A stretch of 63,999 nucleotides of DNA, the filler included, from Stramenopiles sp. TOSAG23-3 (taxonomy: Eukaryota), in NCBI GenBank assembly GCA_900128585.1. It is 16 parts of 16 records of this genome, joined end to end, with 100 filler letters (N's around TTAATTAATTAA, not from the genome) between each part and the next. Parts side by side here need not be neighbours in the genome. Positions count along the whole stretch, not along the records: positions 8,088 to 12,028 come from LT644019.1; positions 12,129 to 16,063 come from LT644020.1; positions 16,164 to 20,098 come from LT644021.1; positions 20,199 to 24,128 come from LT644022.1; 12 more parts are not named here. One strand, 5' to 3'. Below the pieces are notes generated by a model. The model was not told the DNA's origin. It made no database searches and saw only the letters and a list, made by a program, of their open reading frames with translations. Position 1 is the first letter of the stretch, and each line of letters starts with the position of its first letter. Both the position numbers and the translations under genes were made by a program. Shown one piece after another: positions 9,452 to 20,199 of the stretch.

Positions 9452-9748
9452 TATAATTTGTTTTGTTTTTTATATAATATGCAGGACCAGACAAATGTAC
9501 GTCATGATACGTATACATGTATTATACGAAAAGTAAGTTTTTATAAGAAATATTTTAATATAAATTTTATCCACCCAATGATGAACTTTATACACTTGTT
9601 AAAACTTACGAAAATGTTTGTGTAAGAGCTTTACATGTTACGACGCATTGCGCCCGCAAGGCTCCTGCTTCTTGCGCAATGTACCCACAGTTGAAAATCA
9701 AATTGCACTGCACCTGCACCCCGTACGTACATGCTCCCGCCCGTCCCC

Positions 9749-11608
9749 TCACTTTTTGCTGTAGCGCGGTTCGGGCGAAGCTTTCCTTCCCTTTGGTGGG
9801 CTTTTCTTGACGATCGGCTTCTTGCTCCCCGGTATGTACCTTTCCGTGGTCGTGCGGTCCCATCCAAACACACTTTTCTTTGGGGATGTGCTGTCGTCCC
9901 CGTGAAGGCTGGTGGCAGACGAGTTGACTTCAATGTGCCTCACACCAGAGCTGCGCTCTGCGGCAGCAATGCTTGCACTCTTCTTCATCTTCTTCCTGGC
10001 CGTCTTCCGCTTTGCGGGGGGGGAGGGCGTGCTGGACTTGGACTCTTGCCGGCTTTCCTCGCGCGGCGTTGTTTCGGGCGGGTCCGTCGCCACTATGACC
10101 GCCTCCTTCACTTGAGCCACTAATTCCCCAATGCTTTCTTGGTCGGCCATGTCTACTACCTCCCTCCGCGCCTCCTCCACCGCGGTGTGGATGCGGCTTG
10201 GGGAGACGGGCTTCAAAAACGCACGCAAACTGGTCGGCCTCCTCGACGGGGAGTGGTCCCCCGTCTTTTTCTTGCCGTTCGTCTTCCCACGCCCATTCTT
10301 GGCAGCGGGGGCGGCGGTGCTTTCTATTAGGTGCACTGGGGCATCTTTCAGGGCTTCCAAGGCGCTGTCGATTTGCTCCAGCTTTTGCTTCACAATGCGT
10401 TCCCGGCGCATGCTCGCCAGCACGTCGTTGGACTTCAGGGTCGGCTCCCGCTTGGACTTCTCCTTGTTGACGTCGGCCGGGTCGACCAGTATGTAGGTCC
10501 CGCGGCGCTCGTCAAAGACCAGGCCCGTGGGCGCCGTATGCTCCCGCAAATCCTGGTGCTCGACCAGCTTCGTTTCCAAATCTACGAGAACCTCGCTCTC
10601 GCCCTCCTCCGGGCAATACGCGTTCGGGGCGTCGGGGACGCGGGCGGATGTGGGCTTGCCGTCGGGCGCCTCGCCGGTCTTCTGCCCGTACAGTTCGGCG
10701 TGGGCCTCTTGCCGTATCTCGTCCATCATGTCGGCCATGATGTCGTTCACCCGGTCCTCTTCCTCCTCCGTGAGAAGGACCTGCCGGCCCATCTGCGCGC
10801 TCCGCTTGTTCACGGCGTCGACCCTTGAGGGCGACGTGCCGTCGTTCTCGCTAGGGCTGACCGGGGCCGGCTTCGTCCTGCGCCTCACGGGCTCCGCCAC
10901 CTCGCCGTCCTCGTCCTCGTCCTCGCCGCCCCCCTCGCTCCCCTTCAGCTTGCTCTTGCTCTCCAAATACTTCATCTCCGCCTTCTCCAGCTCCATGTCC
11001 AGCTCTTGGATTCTCCCCAGTCCCAACTCCAACTTCTTCTTCATCTTTCGCTCCTCCTCTTCGTTTGGGTGCTCCAGGACCTGAGTGGAGATGAACTTTC
11101 TCCACCCCGCCTCCCGCTTCGCCTCCTTTTCGGCGTCCGAGTCGAAGCTGTCGGGAAAGTCGACGAGCTTGTCCCCCGCCTCATCCGTCCGGCCCCGCAC
11201 CTCCTTCACGTAGGCCTCAAGCTCGGCGCGCATCTTCGCCTGCTCGTCGTTTACTGCGTTCAAACGCTCCTCGATCTTTCCCATGCCAGATACGGGGGTC
11301 GGGGCCGACGGGACGCCCGTGATAAAGGTCGGGTCCGAGGCGACAGTCCCCTCGCCGCCCCCTCCCTCCTCCTCGGGAGCGGTGTACTTTCCCTCGTACC
11401 GCCTGTCGACCGATCCGGAATCTGGGCCTGGAACGTTTTCCCCCCACGCTTCGTTCTTCACGTGTATGGGAGCTTGCGATGCCGATTGATCGTTTCGTTT
11501 CGTCGGCCCAGCCTCTGCCCCGGAACCACCATTACCAACAACGTTGGCAAGGGACCCGCCCAGTGCGTTCACGTCTTTCAACGCCTGCCGCGGGGTCAAG
11601 CTCGCCAT
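9749..11608 (-). CDS. Coiled-coil protein resembling fibrous sheath-interacting protein 1 (FSIP1-like)
   Basis: Motifs GLGRIQELDMEL, LTEEEEDRVNDIM, NAYCPEE..LVDLETKL and LASMRRER..KLEQIDSALEAL appear in FSIP1-like order. First ATG is at 11608. Confidence 0.6.
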   Translation of the reverse strand: MASLTPRQALKDVNALGGSLANVVGNGGSGAEAGPTKRNDQSASQAPIHVKNEAWGENVPGPDSGSVDRRYEGKYTAPEEEGGGGEGTVASDPTFITGVPSAPTPVSGMGKIEERLNAVNDEQAKMRAELEAYVKEVRGRTDEAGDKLVDFPDSFDSDAEKEAKREAGWRKFISTQVLEHPNEEEERKMKKKLELGLGRIQELDMELEKAEMKYLESKSKLKGSEGGGEDEDEDGEVAEPVRRRTKPAPVSPSENDGTSPSRVDAVNKRSAQMGRQVLLTEEEEDRVNDIMADMMDEIRQEAHAELYGQKTGEAPDGKPTSARVPDAPNAYCPEEGESEVLVDLETKLVEHQDLREHTAPTGLVFDERRGTYILVDPADVNKEKSKREPTLKSNDVLASMRRERIVKQKLEQIDSALEALKDAPVHLIESTAAPAAKNGRGKTNGKKKTGDHSPSRRPTSLRAFLKPVSPSRIHTAVEEARREVVDMADQESIGELVAQVKEAVIVATDPPETTPREESRQESKSSTPSPPAKRKTARKKMKKSASIAAAERSSGVRHIEVNSSATSLHGDDSTSPKKSVFGWDRTTTERYIPGSKKPIVKKSPPKGRKASPEPRYSKK

Positions 11609-11974
11609 CCTGTTTTGAATGGGAAGGATGGATGGATAGAAGGAAGAAAAGAAACGTAACAAAAACCAATATAAACGTAATCAATGTTTTTGTAAAAAGG
11701 CAATCATTACATTAAATTAATTATACTATGTTCACTTCTTTCTCTCTTCCTTTTGAATTATCAATTGTATATTATTACAAGTGAGTTTGGTCTTCTTTTT
11801 AAGTGTCAAGAAGTGTCATTTACATATATAATAATTTTAAAATATTTAATAATAATAAAATTGTTGTTTGTTTTTTTCATTTTCTTATTCTATTTCCATG
11901 TTATTTTATTATATAATTGATTGTGCGATCACCTTCTTCTTCCTACCTCTACCGTTACATTTCAAAAATAATAA

Positions 11975-11975
<1 letters not shown>

Positions 11976-12026
<51 letters not shown>

Positions 12027-12028
12027 AA
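11976..12028 (+). repeat. (GAAA)n microsatellite at contig end
   Basis: Directly visible. Similar tracts: (TTTC)n 15987-16063, (TTC)n 16164-16240, and a TC-rich tract at ~50270-50720. Confidence 0.95.
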
Positions 12029-12336
12029 NNNNNNNNNNNNNNNNNNNNNNNNNNNNNNNNNNNNNNNNNNNNTTAATTAATTAANNNNNNNNNNNNNNNN
12101 NNNNNNNNNNNNNNNNNNNNNNNNNNNNTGGCGACAAAAATTGTACGATACAATTGAACTTTATAATTTGGTTTGATTAGTCCACAGTTTCTGTTTTCGC
12201 CTTAGAAGAAATTTACTTTATTCATAATATAGTGAGATTAATTGTCTTTCTTTTTTAGAGGCAACGTTCTTCTTTTAAAAAAAAACAAATAATAATTATT
12301 TCATATTAATAAAATACCCTATTATTATCACTATTA

Positions 12337-13980
12337 TTATAATGACGTCTCCGGAGCGCACCATAGTTTCCATGTCCGGTCAAACCCTGCGGTGTAAAAG
12401 GCGTCCTCCCGTTTCGAAATGTCGACTTTCATAACGTGCTTTTCGTGGCCCTGCAAGCGTTTCAAAAGATGATAGTTTCGGCCGGACCAGACGTTTACCA
12501 TGCAATCGTACCCTGCGGTGACGAGGTATTCTCCAGAGACGGGAGCAAACTTGACGCAGGAGACGAGGTGCGTGTGTGCTGGAATCGTGTAGACGGTTTT
12601 CATTTTCCTCAAATCCCAAATGCGCACGGTGTTGTCCATGCTTCCCGTTGCCACGACGAACCCGTTCGGGGAAAAGTCTACGGTCAGCGCTGGCTTTGCA
12701 TGGCCACACAGGCTCATTATACTCTTTCCCGAGCGCAAATCCCACAGCCTACCGTTGCTAGAGAGGCTGGTGGTGCAAACCAGGGACCCGTCGGGGTGAA
12801 ACGCAATGCCGTACACTTCGCGCGCATGGCCCTCCTGCAGCAGCAGCTCTTTCCCGACTTCCACGTCCCACAGGCGCCACGTTCGGTCGTAGGACGTCGT
12901 CCCTAAGAACCGCCCGGAGGGGTGCCACCCCAGCCGGCCCAGCCGGTCTTTGTGGCCGCTGAGGACGGCCAGCGGCTTTACGTACGTGACGTCTTTCTTT
13001 CGTCGCCGGACGGCGGTGTGCGGGAGCGCCGCGTCGGGCTCGTCGCCGTCGTCCACGTCCATGGCCTCGCCACCAGCAAAGTCAGCCCGGGGCCCGCGGG
13101 GCCACAGGATGGCGGTCCCGTCGACGGACGAGGACGCGAAGGAGAGCGTGTCGGCGCCGTCCGAGGCGTTCGGGCACGTTGCGACGTCTACGACGCGCTC
13201 CGTGTGGCCCTTCATCTTGCAGTGCCTGTTGTACGTTTCGGTGTCCCAGACGCTGCACAGCCCGTCCCAGGAGCTGGTGACCAAGGCCTTCCCGCCTGCG
13301 GTGAGGCTGCACGCTGACACGGGCCTGGTCCCGCCGATCTGGCTGGCCGCCACCCGCATCTTTCGGGCGTTCTTGACCAGGGCAATGGCCGTTCTATTCG
13401 TTTTGTCTCCGTTTTCGACGTGCTCCCTGTTGCGGCGGCGGCGCTCGTCGGCCCGTTCGAAGGAAAAGGCAGCTATGCTCTTCCTGGCCTTCACCAGGTA
13501 TTTGGGCGCCGGGTAGTAGAAGGTCTCCTTTCGCCGCGTCGTCGCCGCCGCGCCCTGACCGTCCATGTCAACGTCCCCGTCGCGGCGCTGCAGGTTCCCT
13601 GCGATCGCATCGGCAAGGCCATCTCTAATCTCTGCGTCAGGATTTTCCCGAAGCTGAGCTTTGGCCATGACCTTTTGGAGGCGCAGGCGACGGTCCGCCT
13701 TGTCTTCCCCATACATGATAATGGGCTCCCCCAACGATATGAGCTTCTCTTTCACTTCTTGGTCGTCCGTCGGTACGGCGATCCGGGTCGCCAACGACTG
13801 CACTTCCAGGGCCCTCAACTTTTCCGCATGCTCGTGCTGTGCTTGGAGCGTCTTATCGTCTAGCTCCAGTGTTTCCCTCTCCCGCACCATGCCTATGTTT
13901 ATGTGGCCCGCCTCGACGGCACGTTGCACCCCTGCCTGTTTTATCCCACCGTAGACAATCCTCTGTGAGTTGCCAGCCAT
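12337..13980 (-). CDS. PRPF4: U4/U6 snRNP protein Prp4 (PRP4 domain + WD40 repeats)
   Basis: PRP4 motif AVPTDDQEVKEKLISLGEPIIMYGEDKADRRLRL, then ASQIGGTRPVS and WD40 repeats including HPSGRFLGTTSYDRTWRLWD and ELLLQEGH. Likely start is MAGNSQ at 13980. Confidence 0.95.
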   Translation of the reverse strand: MAGNSQRIVYGGIKQAGVQRAVEAGHINIGMVRERETLELDDKTLQAQHEHAEKLRALEVQSLATRIAVPTDDQEVKEKLISLGEPIIMYGEDKADRRLRLQKVMAKAQLRENPDAEIRDGLADAIAGNLQRRDGDVDMDGQGAAATTRRKETFYYPAPKYLVKARKSIAAFSFERADERRRRNREHVENGDKTNRTAIALVKNARKMRVAASQIGGTRPVSACSLTAGGKALVTSSWDGLCSVWDTETYNRHCKMKGHTERVVDVATCPNASDGADTLSFASSSVDGTAILWPRGPRADFAGGEAMDVDDGDEPDAALPHTAVRRRKKDVTYVKPLAVLSGHKDRLGRLGWHPSGRFLGTTSYDRTWRLWDVEVGKELLLQEGHAREVYGIAFHPDGSLVCTTSLSSNGRLWDLRSGKSIMSLCGHAKPALTVDFSPNGFVVATGSMDNTVRIWDLRKMKTVYTIPAHTHLVSCVKFAPVSGEYLVTAGYDCMVNVWSGRNYHLLKRLQGHEKHVMKVDISKREDAFYTAGFDRTWKLWCAPETSL

Positions 13981-15436
13981 GATGACGACAGTGGTAGTGG
14001 TGGAAAAGAAACAGTAAACAAAACAAAAAACCCAAGTTCGTGAGTGTGAAGGAAAGAAAAAGTTCGATAATAATTTCTTAATCTTGAGCCGGACGGACCT
14101 GACCTTAATTCTTTCAAACGGGTTATATATTCCATTCCACATAATTTGTTTTGTGGTTGGTGAAATGGTTTCGATTGAGCCTTGAGCCTTTTTTGGGGAA
14201 AATCATGATAGGACTGAGTGACTGACTGAGTGATTAAGAGCTTATTATTTCTGATCTTCTTCTCTGCTGTGTGGTGTTAGACTGTAGGGCTGTGGGAGGA
14301 TAATATTTTTGAATAGGAAAAATTCAATGTAAACTAATAATGTATTTATATTATTTATTCCAACTTCTTCTTCGAATAAATAAAAACATCACAAATAAAA
14401 TCATATTGGCTATATTAAGTATACAAATATATTTTAAAATCTAAAATAGAATTAATGAAACGTGATATTCATCATGAATGAATGATCTAAAATTTTAAAA
14501 TGAATGTTTTTTTCAGTTATGAATAGTTTTAATTGATGACGACATTTTAACAATTTTGGTGACGAGATGGATATTGTAAATTTAAACGTTATCTCTAATT
14601 TAAATATATATTTATATTAAATTTACTTTAATTATAATACTATTTAATAATTAAAACTAAATTTATTCCACAATATGTATAATATCGTAGAATTTAAACA
14701 ATTTTAAACAACAAATAGAAGACAATTTGCCCCTTCCTTATTTCTATATTATTAATTAATAAAACCTAAATTATATAATTCTACAAAATAAGGGGGGGCA
14801 AAAAGCAAGCCGGGGGTGGGCAATATAAATATCCATAATTAAGGATATATATATTATATTAATTATCAATACTGTGTATATATAAAAGAGGTATATTTTA
14901 TCACTTTTTTAATTCTATTTCTTTATTCTTAAATATCATTTATAATAAATCATTTAAATTACTATATTTAAAATGGCTTTATCTATTCCAAATGGTCTCC
15001 TATCGATATCTCTATAAACACATATCCTTAATTGTGGATTATCTTGTCCAGCCCGATGATGTGGCAATAGGCAATAGGAACTAATCTGGGGCGGAGGAGG
15101 GCAAGCAACGCAAGGAGGCGGTAAGTTTCACGTTTAAAGTTAGAAAAGGATAGAGAGGGAAAGATAAGCAAATAGCCAAGTGTATGCCTTCTGAGCCATC
15201 GTTCCGGTTTTCGATTGATTTTGTATACGCAACTTGTTGTTCGTGTCTTACACATCCTTTTATAATACGACGACGTCTTGGTTGTTTGTGTACCACACGC
15301 GTGAGAAGAGGCCAGGATAATATAGAGCGTGAAGGGACCAGGCAGTCTCGTTCGTTCTTTCGTTAGTTAGTTTATTAGTTCGCTGGGGGCTAGTTGGTTA
15401 GTTGGCATTTTGTAGCAAGTCTGAAAAGCGTTTGCC

Positions 15437-15926
15437 ATGAGTTCATTAGCAGACCCGTTGGGTTCCGACCCGGGCGTGGAATTCACAGAAGAAGAGTTAG
15501 CAGGCATTGCAGAACTTCGTAAAAGGTTGAAGGAATTTACCGATGAGCCGGGCGACACCCTTGCCAAGGATTACATAAAAGAGGACACGACAATGTGGCG
15601 GTACGTCCTTGCACAGTCCAGGGAGGACGACCCCATGGAAAATTCCACAGAAATGTTCCGATTGAGTATTGCGTGGAGGAAAGAAATTAGGCTCTTGTCC
15701 CACATGGTACCGGAGTGGCGCGGGGGCCCCCCGGGCGTCAGCGAGACGACCAAGGAGGCCAAGGGGGAGAGGGCCGCCGGGGCGCCCACGGCGGCAACGG
15801 CGCGGGCAAGGCTGGGGGACCTCTGTTTTTACGCTGGCCTGCTGAAGGTAAAATCGAAGAACAATGGCCCTATGCTCGCTGAGAGGATGGGAGTCGTAGA
15901 TTTGGCGGGACTGTACAGGGATCAGT
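15437..15926 (+). CDS. CRAL-TRIO/Sec14-like protein, first exon (remainder beyond contig end)
   Basis: CRAL-TRIO N-like DTTMWRYVLAQ..STEMFRLSIAWRKE, then GPMLAERMGVVDLAGL. A GTAAGT donor is at 15927. Confidence 0.7.
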
Positions 15927-15985
15927 GTAAGTGCAATCGTTTTGACTTTTGACGACTGGGTCGACCAAGTATCCATACGTCGTGG

Positions 15986-16061
<76 letters not shown>

Positions 16062-16938
16062 TCNNNNNNNNNNNNNNNNNNNNNNNNNNNNNNNNNNNNN
16101 NNNNNNNTTAATTAATTAANNNNNNNNNNNNNNNNNNNNNNNNNNNNNNNNNNNNNNNNNNNNTCTTCTTCTTTCTTCTTCTTCTTCTTCTTCTTCTTCT
16201 TCTTCTTCTTCTTCTTCTTCTTCTTCTTCTTCTTCTTCTTTTGATTGTTGGCGGCTGCTGCTTGGTGCTTCGGTTGTTCCGTTCTATTCTCTATTCTCTG
16301 ATGGATGGAATTGGTGGTGTTGGCTGTTGTTGGCTCTATACATTAAAATGCCATTATTAAGTATCGTAATGTTAACTTATCGTGCCCTACTCCTAACACT
16401 GTATATCCTATGCGACGACATCCGACATCTCATTTATTATTATCATCATCATCACTTGGATTTTATACAAAAAAAATACAAAAAGATACGAACTACGAAC
16501 CGTACCCACTCCCAACCCCAAGCACCGATCCAAAACACAACAACAACATGTGGAGTTCGAAACCGAAAGGATCGAGTAAAAGAAAGAAATGAAAAGGGAC
16601 GACGCCAACGGCATTCCTCCAGAATAGCTGTGAAGGAAGAGACACTCCAGTGTTGTCTGGGCAGTACTGCATGCACGACGCGATCACATTATTATTTTTA
16701 TTGTTGAATTACTACTATTACTTGGTGGGATTATAATAAAATCTCATCATCATCATCATATAACGCAACTCACTTTACTAAAACCGAAGGAACGCTTTTT
16801 TATTACCCACTGTGTGCACAACCTGAGTGCTTGCACATTGAGATTTTGATTTTTTGCAACTTGTTTGAGATAGTTTGGAGATATATAAGAGCAATAAACA
16901 TTTTCGTTCCCGTTTCATATTTATAAGGGTCGTTGCAC

Positions 16939-19932
16939 ATGTATATGGTTTTGCGTTTCACCCAATATTGTTCGAAGGGGGGGCTTGGTCTTTTACTTTT
17001 GGCCTGTTTCGTTTTTGTATTTCTCAACGTTTGCCCTATTTTGGTGTCAGCGAAAAGGGGCACAGGAAAGGCGGCTTTTGCAGTAAGAAAATGGCATTTC
17101 TTAGGTCCGTGGACTGTTGGAAAGAATGAGCTGGACGGGGATCCGGCTGCTGCTCACGGGGGAATAGTTCAACTGTACAAAGAGAAAGGAAAACAGCAGA
17201 CGTTTTTCTCGGAAATGGCGGTCTTAGGAAAAATCAAATGGACAGAGCTGCCGCGCACATCTGGCGCCGTACCCGTATCCCCGCAAACCGTCAACTGGAA
17301 TAGACTGGTACAAGGGTTGAGCAGTGTTGAAGTGCAAGAATGGCAAGGGTGGGCAGTGGGACAATTTCGAACAGAGCGAAAACGAGAAACTGTAAATATC
17401 AACTGCAAAGGTGTCCGTACTTTTTTCGTTGATACTATGGAGCCTCTTGCCGGGGACATGTTTTCCACGGGTCGAATGTGGAACACAATATCGCTTGCCA
17501 AGGGCATTCATACCGTGTATGTTCGACTTAAGGTGAAAGGCAACGGCAATTTTCATTGTAGCATTGAACGGTACAACAGAAAAAGTTCCCAATTCCAGGT
17601 GTATGGTCCCGCTTTTACTCCTGACATGCTCGAGACGGTGGATGGCGGAGAGTATGTAATGATGGGGAATGCAATTTCCTTTCCGATTGTAAACTTGGGA
17701 AACAGGGTACTAGACGTGAGCATGTCTATAAAGCAGCAGGAGAGCAGCACCCACAAAGTCACGTTTTCGTCGGGACAGGCGAAACTACAGTTCCGTGTCG
17801 CCCGCGGTCAGTTGACAGTGCTGAACGCAAGGATCCGGGTGGAAGGTAGAGTTTCCAAAGCGGGGTGTCCCGTTACCTTTCGCGTCGTAGTTTCTTCAAA
17901 ATCTTTTGCAGCACAGCCAATAACGGTGCATTTGAGGTGCCGGCGGCTACATGAATCGTTCGTATTTACGTTTGAAGACCATGATGGGACTGTATCTCGA
18001 GCGGCGTCAATCGTTCCTTTGAAGGGTAGCAGCGCCGGGGGTGCCACCGGGTGCGCAAGCCATATAACCACCGGAGCGCGCAATTCCTCTTGCCCTGTAG
18101 TGCTGTCCCTACACGGCACAGGGGTGGACGTCCAAATGCAAGCGGACTCTTACAAATTCAAACCACCCGGGTCGTCCGACGAAACACCGTACACGTTTGG
18201 GGTGCAGAATGCATGGGTTGTCGCCGCAACGCGCCATGGGGCCCACAACTGGGAGTATACCGGCCACCTTTCCGCAATGACAGCGTTGGAGACGCTGCCC
18301 ACGCTCGTGCGACGAACGCACCCTGGCCTGCCAGCCGTGGATGCTTCTCGCGTTCTTTACACCGGGCATAGTATGGGTGGCCACGGCGCCTGGACACTGA
18401 TCACACACGGGACGGATAGGGCGATTGGCGGGGTGGTAATAGCAGGGTGGATTCGTAAGGAGCACTATGGGGATAGCAACCGCTTCTTTCTGCACGACGT
18501 CGGGCACGCGCACGTCGACCCTGGACTCAAGTCAATACTGGAGAGCACTTTTTCAGAGTACAATGCTGACCTTGTTGCCTCTGGCACCCGAGGGGTACCG
18601 ATTGTGATCCGTGTCGGCGCTCTCGACAGGGCAGTGCCACCGTGGCATTCGAGAAAAATGGCAAGGATATTGTCGGAGCATGGGGCCAACGTCGTATACG
18701 ACGAAGTGCAGGGAAAAGAACACTGGTGGTGGGACACTGACTATTCAAACGATGGTGGGGTCCTGAACGATCCAAAAGCAAGACATTGGTACGATTCCAT
18801 GATTGGCGACGGGCACCAAGGATTGCCCGCGTTGCCTTCTGAATTTGTCCTAACAGTCCTGAACCCTGCGGGATCGCATGGTCGGGGTGGATTCCGTGTT
18901 CTGCAGCAGCTTATACCGTACCGTTTATCGCAAGTACATGTCTCTATTCAGAGTGGAGATGAAAATGCTGTCCAATTGAGAACGTCCAACGTGCGTCGTT
19001 TTCGCGTCGATCTTACACAGCTATTTCGGAGCGAGGAGTTGGACAAGGAACAAAAGGTTTTGAAGTTTACGGTTAATGGCCATTCATTGGCACTGAAGTG
19101 GGACACGCCGCTGGCAGCACGTGATATTTGCCACTACGAGAACCCAAGGCTAGTGGAGATAGACTCACGGGGAGAAGAAGTGGACGGCGGCGCAGGCGGC
19201 GAGCCGACATGGCGCGTGTGCGACGAAGGGAGATACACGAAATCCGAGCGTGGGCCCAACACTTACGGGCCTGCGAGGCAGGTTTTTGCGAGCCCGTTTC
19301 GGGTGATTGTCGGTACGGATAACATTTGTGAAGCCATGGAAAGGATGGTACACGCAGCCGGCGCGTATATCGTTAACACCCACTTTACGTCCACGGACAC
19401 GTTTGCCACTCTAATGGAAGACTCGTCGTTCACGTACACGGCTGAGTCAACCAGCAGCAACCTGGTCTTCATTGGCGGGCCAGAACTAAACAAAGCCTCC
19501 TCAGATTACTTTCAAGACATTCGGGCTCGGAACTTGCCCCATCCCCCAATATCGTTTGAGAAGCATTCTGGAGATGACAAAGGGATTCACCCATTCAATC
19601 TGGGAAAATGCGTCTACAACGAAAGCGGCTACGGCCTGCTGTACATTGCCCCGTTATGGACTGGACTTGGCGACGATGGGGAAACGGGCCAGAATAAATT
19701 GGTTATGTTTTTGGCTGGAACAGACAGCATTGGGTTATCAAATATTTTACAGTTCGCAGAGCCAACAATACCGCCTATGATGCGTGCACCATTTACGAAC
19801 CAGGTACCAGATTATATTGTGGTGGGTCCACGAACGAAAGCATTCGGAGCCGGCGGTATTGTCGCCGCAGGATTTTGGGGAAATAAATGGGAGATTCAAC
19901 CCGAATCTTCGTATGGTACAGAGACGTGCTGA
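16939..19932 (+). CDS. Secreted or membrane-anchored alpha/beta-hydrolase (esterase/peptidase S9-like)
   Basis: N-terminal hydrophobic signal, LSLHGTGV, nucleophile elbow GHSMGG, GALDRAVPP and KEHWWWD. Single exon of about 1000 aa. Confidence 0.85.
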   Translation: MYMVLRFTQYCSKGGLGLLLLACFVFVFLNVCPILVSAKRGTGKAAFAVRKWHFLGPWTVGKNELDGDPAAAHGGIVQLYKEKGKQQTFFSEMAVLGKIKWTELPRTSGAVPVSPQTVNWNRLVQGLSSVEVQEWQGWAVGQFRTERKRETVNINCKGVRTFFVDTMEPLAGDMFSTGRMWNTISLAKGIHTVYVRLKVKGNGNFHCSIERYNRKSSQFQVYGPAFTPDMLETVDGGEYVMMGNAISFPIVNLGNRVLDVSMSIKQQESSTHKVTFSSGQAKLQFRVARGQLTVLNARIRVEGRVSKAGCPVTFRVVVSSKSFAAQPITVHLRCRRLHESFVFTFEDHDGTVSRAASIVPLKGSSAGGATGCASHITTGARNSSCPVVLSLHGTGVDVQMQADSYKFKPPGSSDETPYTFGVQNAWVVAATRHGAHNWEYTGHLSAMTALETLPTLVRRTHPGLPAVDASRVLYTGHSMGGHGAWTLITHGTDRAIGGVVIAGWIRKEHYGDSNRFFLHDVGHAHVDPGLKSILESTFSEYNADLVASGTRGVPIVIRVGALDRAVPPWHSRKMARILSEHGANVVYDEVQGKEHWWWDTDYSNDGGVLNDPKARHWYDSMIGDGHQGLPALPSEFVLTVLNPAGSHGRGGFRVLQQLIPYRLSQVHVSIQSGDENAVQLRTSNVRRFRVDLTQLFRSEELDKEQKVLKFTVNGHSLALKWDTPLAARDICHYENPRLVEIDSRGEEVDGGAGGEPTWRVCDEGRYTKSERGPNTYGPARQVFASPFRVIVGTDNICEAMERMVHAAGAYIVNTHFTSTDTFATLMEDSSFTYTAESTSSNLVFIGGPELNKASSDYFQDIRARNLPHPPISFEKHSGDDKGIHPFNLGKCVYNESGYGLLYIAPLWTGLGDDGETGQNKLVMFLAGTDSIGLSNILQFAEPTIPPMMRAPFTNQVPDYIVVGPRTKAFGAGGIVAAGFWGNKWEIQPESSYGTETC

Positions 19933-20199
19933 GTGAGTTTTTGAGAGAGTGAGGAGCCCAAGCCCCAAGCTAGCTGACTTGTAGAGTTCTACCAAGTATG
20001 ACGGGTTGTTTAAAATATTATAGGCATCAATTATTATTTCTACTACTGCTTATGCTGCAAAGTGTTATTTGATAATAGTAGCTGATGTTATTATTATTNN
20101 NNNNNNNNNNNNNNNNNNNNNNNNNNNNNNNNNNNNNNNNNNTTAATTAATTAANNNNNNNNNNNNNNNNNNNNNNNNNNNNNNNNNNNNNNNNNNNNA

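Noticed and set aside
9731-13954. Many overlapping alternative ORFs over the FSIP1-like and PRPF4 genes
   Set aside because: They are shadow frames of GC-rich coding DNA, often with GTG/TTG starts that do not apply to a eukaryotic nuclear genome.
14396-14421. Possible ninth copy of the dispersed motif (ATTGGCTATATTAAGTA)
   Set aside because: It is too degenerate to separate from AT-rich background.
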